Source: Raillietiella orientalis (Eukaryota). From it: 64,000 nt of DNA. The position numbers were made by a program, and so were the translations under genes. The stretch lies in the NCBI GenBank assembly GCA_036172245.1, contig JAYWIR010000034.1:620001-684000 (forward strand). The letters are read 5' to 3'. Under the pieces are notes generated by a model. It was not told the DNA's origin. It saw only the letters and a list, made by a program, of their open reading frames with translations, and searched no databases. Shown here piece after piece: positions 63,440 to 64,000 of this stretch (positions are counted from its first letter, which is position 1; each line of letters opens with the position of its first letter).

Positions 63440-64000
63440 AAAAATAAACGACCACGTGGATCAAGACTGTCTGGGAATTTCATGAAGGTCAAAAACAAAG
63501 GAGAAAACCACTGGCTCGTAGGCCAGGTGCAGACAAGAGCAGGGAAGATGTGGGGAAGGGGACAATAAATAAGCAAATAAAAGGGAAGAAAGGGACACGG
63601 GTCACCGGTCACACTCTCTGCGTCTTCAGTAACCTGTGTGCGACGCAGGCGACGTCCATAACCTCGACTCTGGCATCCTTCAAAGACTCTTTTGGCACAT
63701 TCCTCGTCACTGAGGATTTGAGACGTGCTGCTGCTCCCGGTTTGCTGCTGGCGCGCCTCGTCGCCGTTCCGGGACGTCGCGATCCTCCAGGCGCAACACG
63801 GGATCGGGCGACCGGGGAAACAGGCGGAAGCCGTTCAGCGTGAAGCAACGCAGCAGCGGCTCTTCCGGGGTGCCTGCGGGTCGAAGGGGAGCAGCCGCGA
63901 AGCGCTTCCGCACGCTCCGATGGTCACCGCAACTCAGCAACACGCACGCTAAAGTTTCCACCTCCCTGCAGCCGACGCAGTTTGCAGAGACGCCGCTCCC
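63440..64000 (-). mobile_element. L1/Tx1-like 3' end (runs off window)
   Basis: 63548-64000 is the near-exact reverse complement of 11668-12120. Confidence 0.85.

Overview
Eukaryotic (probably invertebrate; host cannot be determined) retroelement-rich region. I found no intact host gene, rRNA, true tRNA or CRISPR array. Most of the window is nested, decayed non-LTR retroelements of three kinds. (1) About a dozen 5'-truncated L1/Tx1-like ORF2 3' ends on both strands (GGL/LTLERM motif, W-K...LHWG, C-terminal CxxC...H-xxxx-C), most traceable ones ending in a conserved CCCGG-N5-YCGGG hairpin with no poly(A). (2) Several RLE-type elements (NeSL/Utopia-like); the most complete is at ~40.3-42.7 kb with RT, CCHC and PD..D nuclease motifs. 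(3) A ~750-800 bp tRNA-headed SINE family (8 copies or fragments) whose body carries a ~40-bp tandem array rich in CTTCGG (cUUCGg). The most notable structures are a ~1 kb element with ~160-bp terminal inverted repeats enclosing an orphan 140-aa ORF (51.1-52.1 kb), two near-identical inverted ~450-bp patches inside otherwise diverged LINE copies, a LINE-in-SINE insertion with a decayed TSD, a ~240-bp direct duplication, and several copy-specific hairpins. All calls come from reading motifs by eye and boundaries are approximate.
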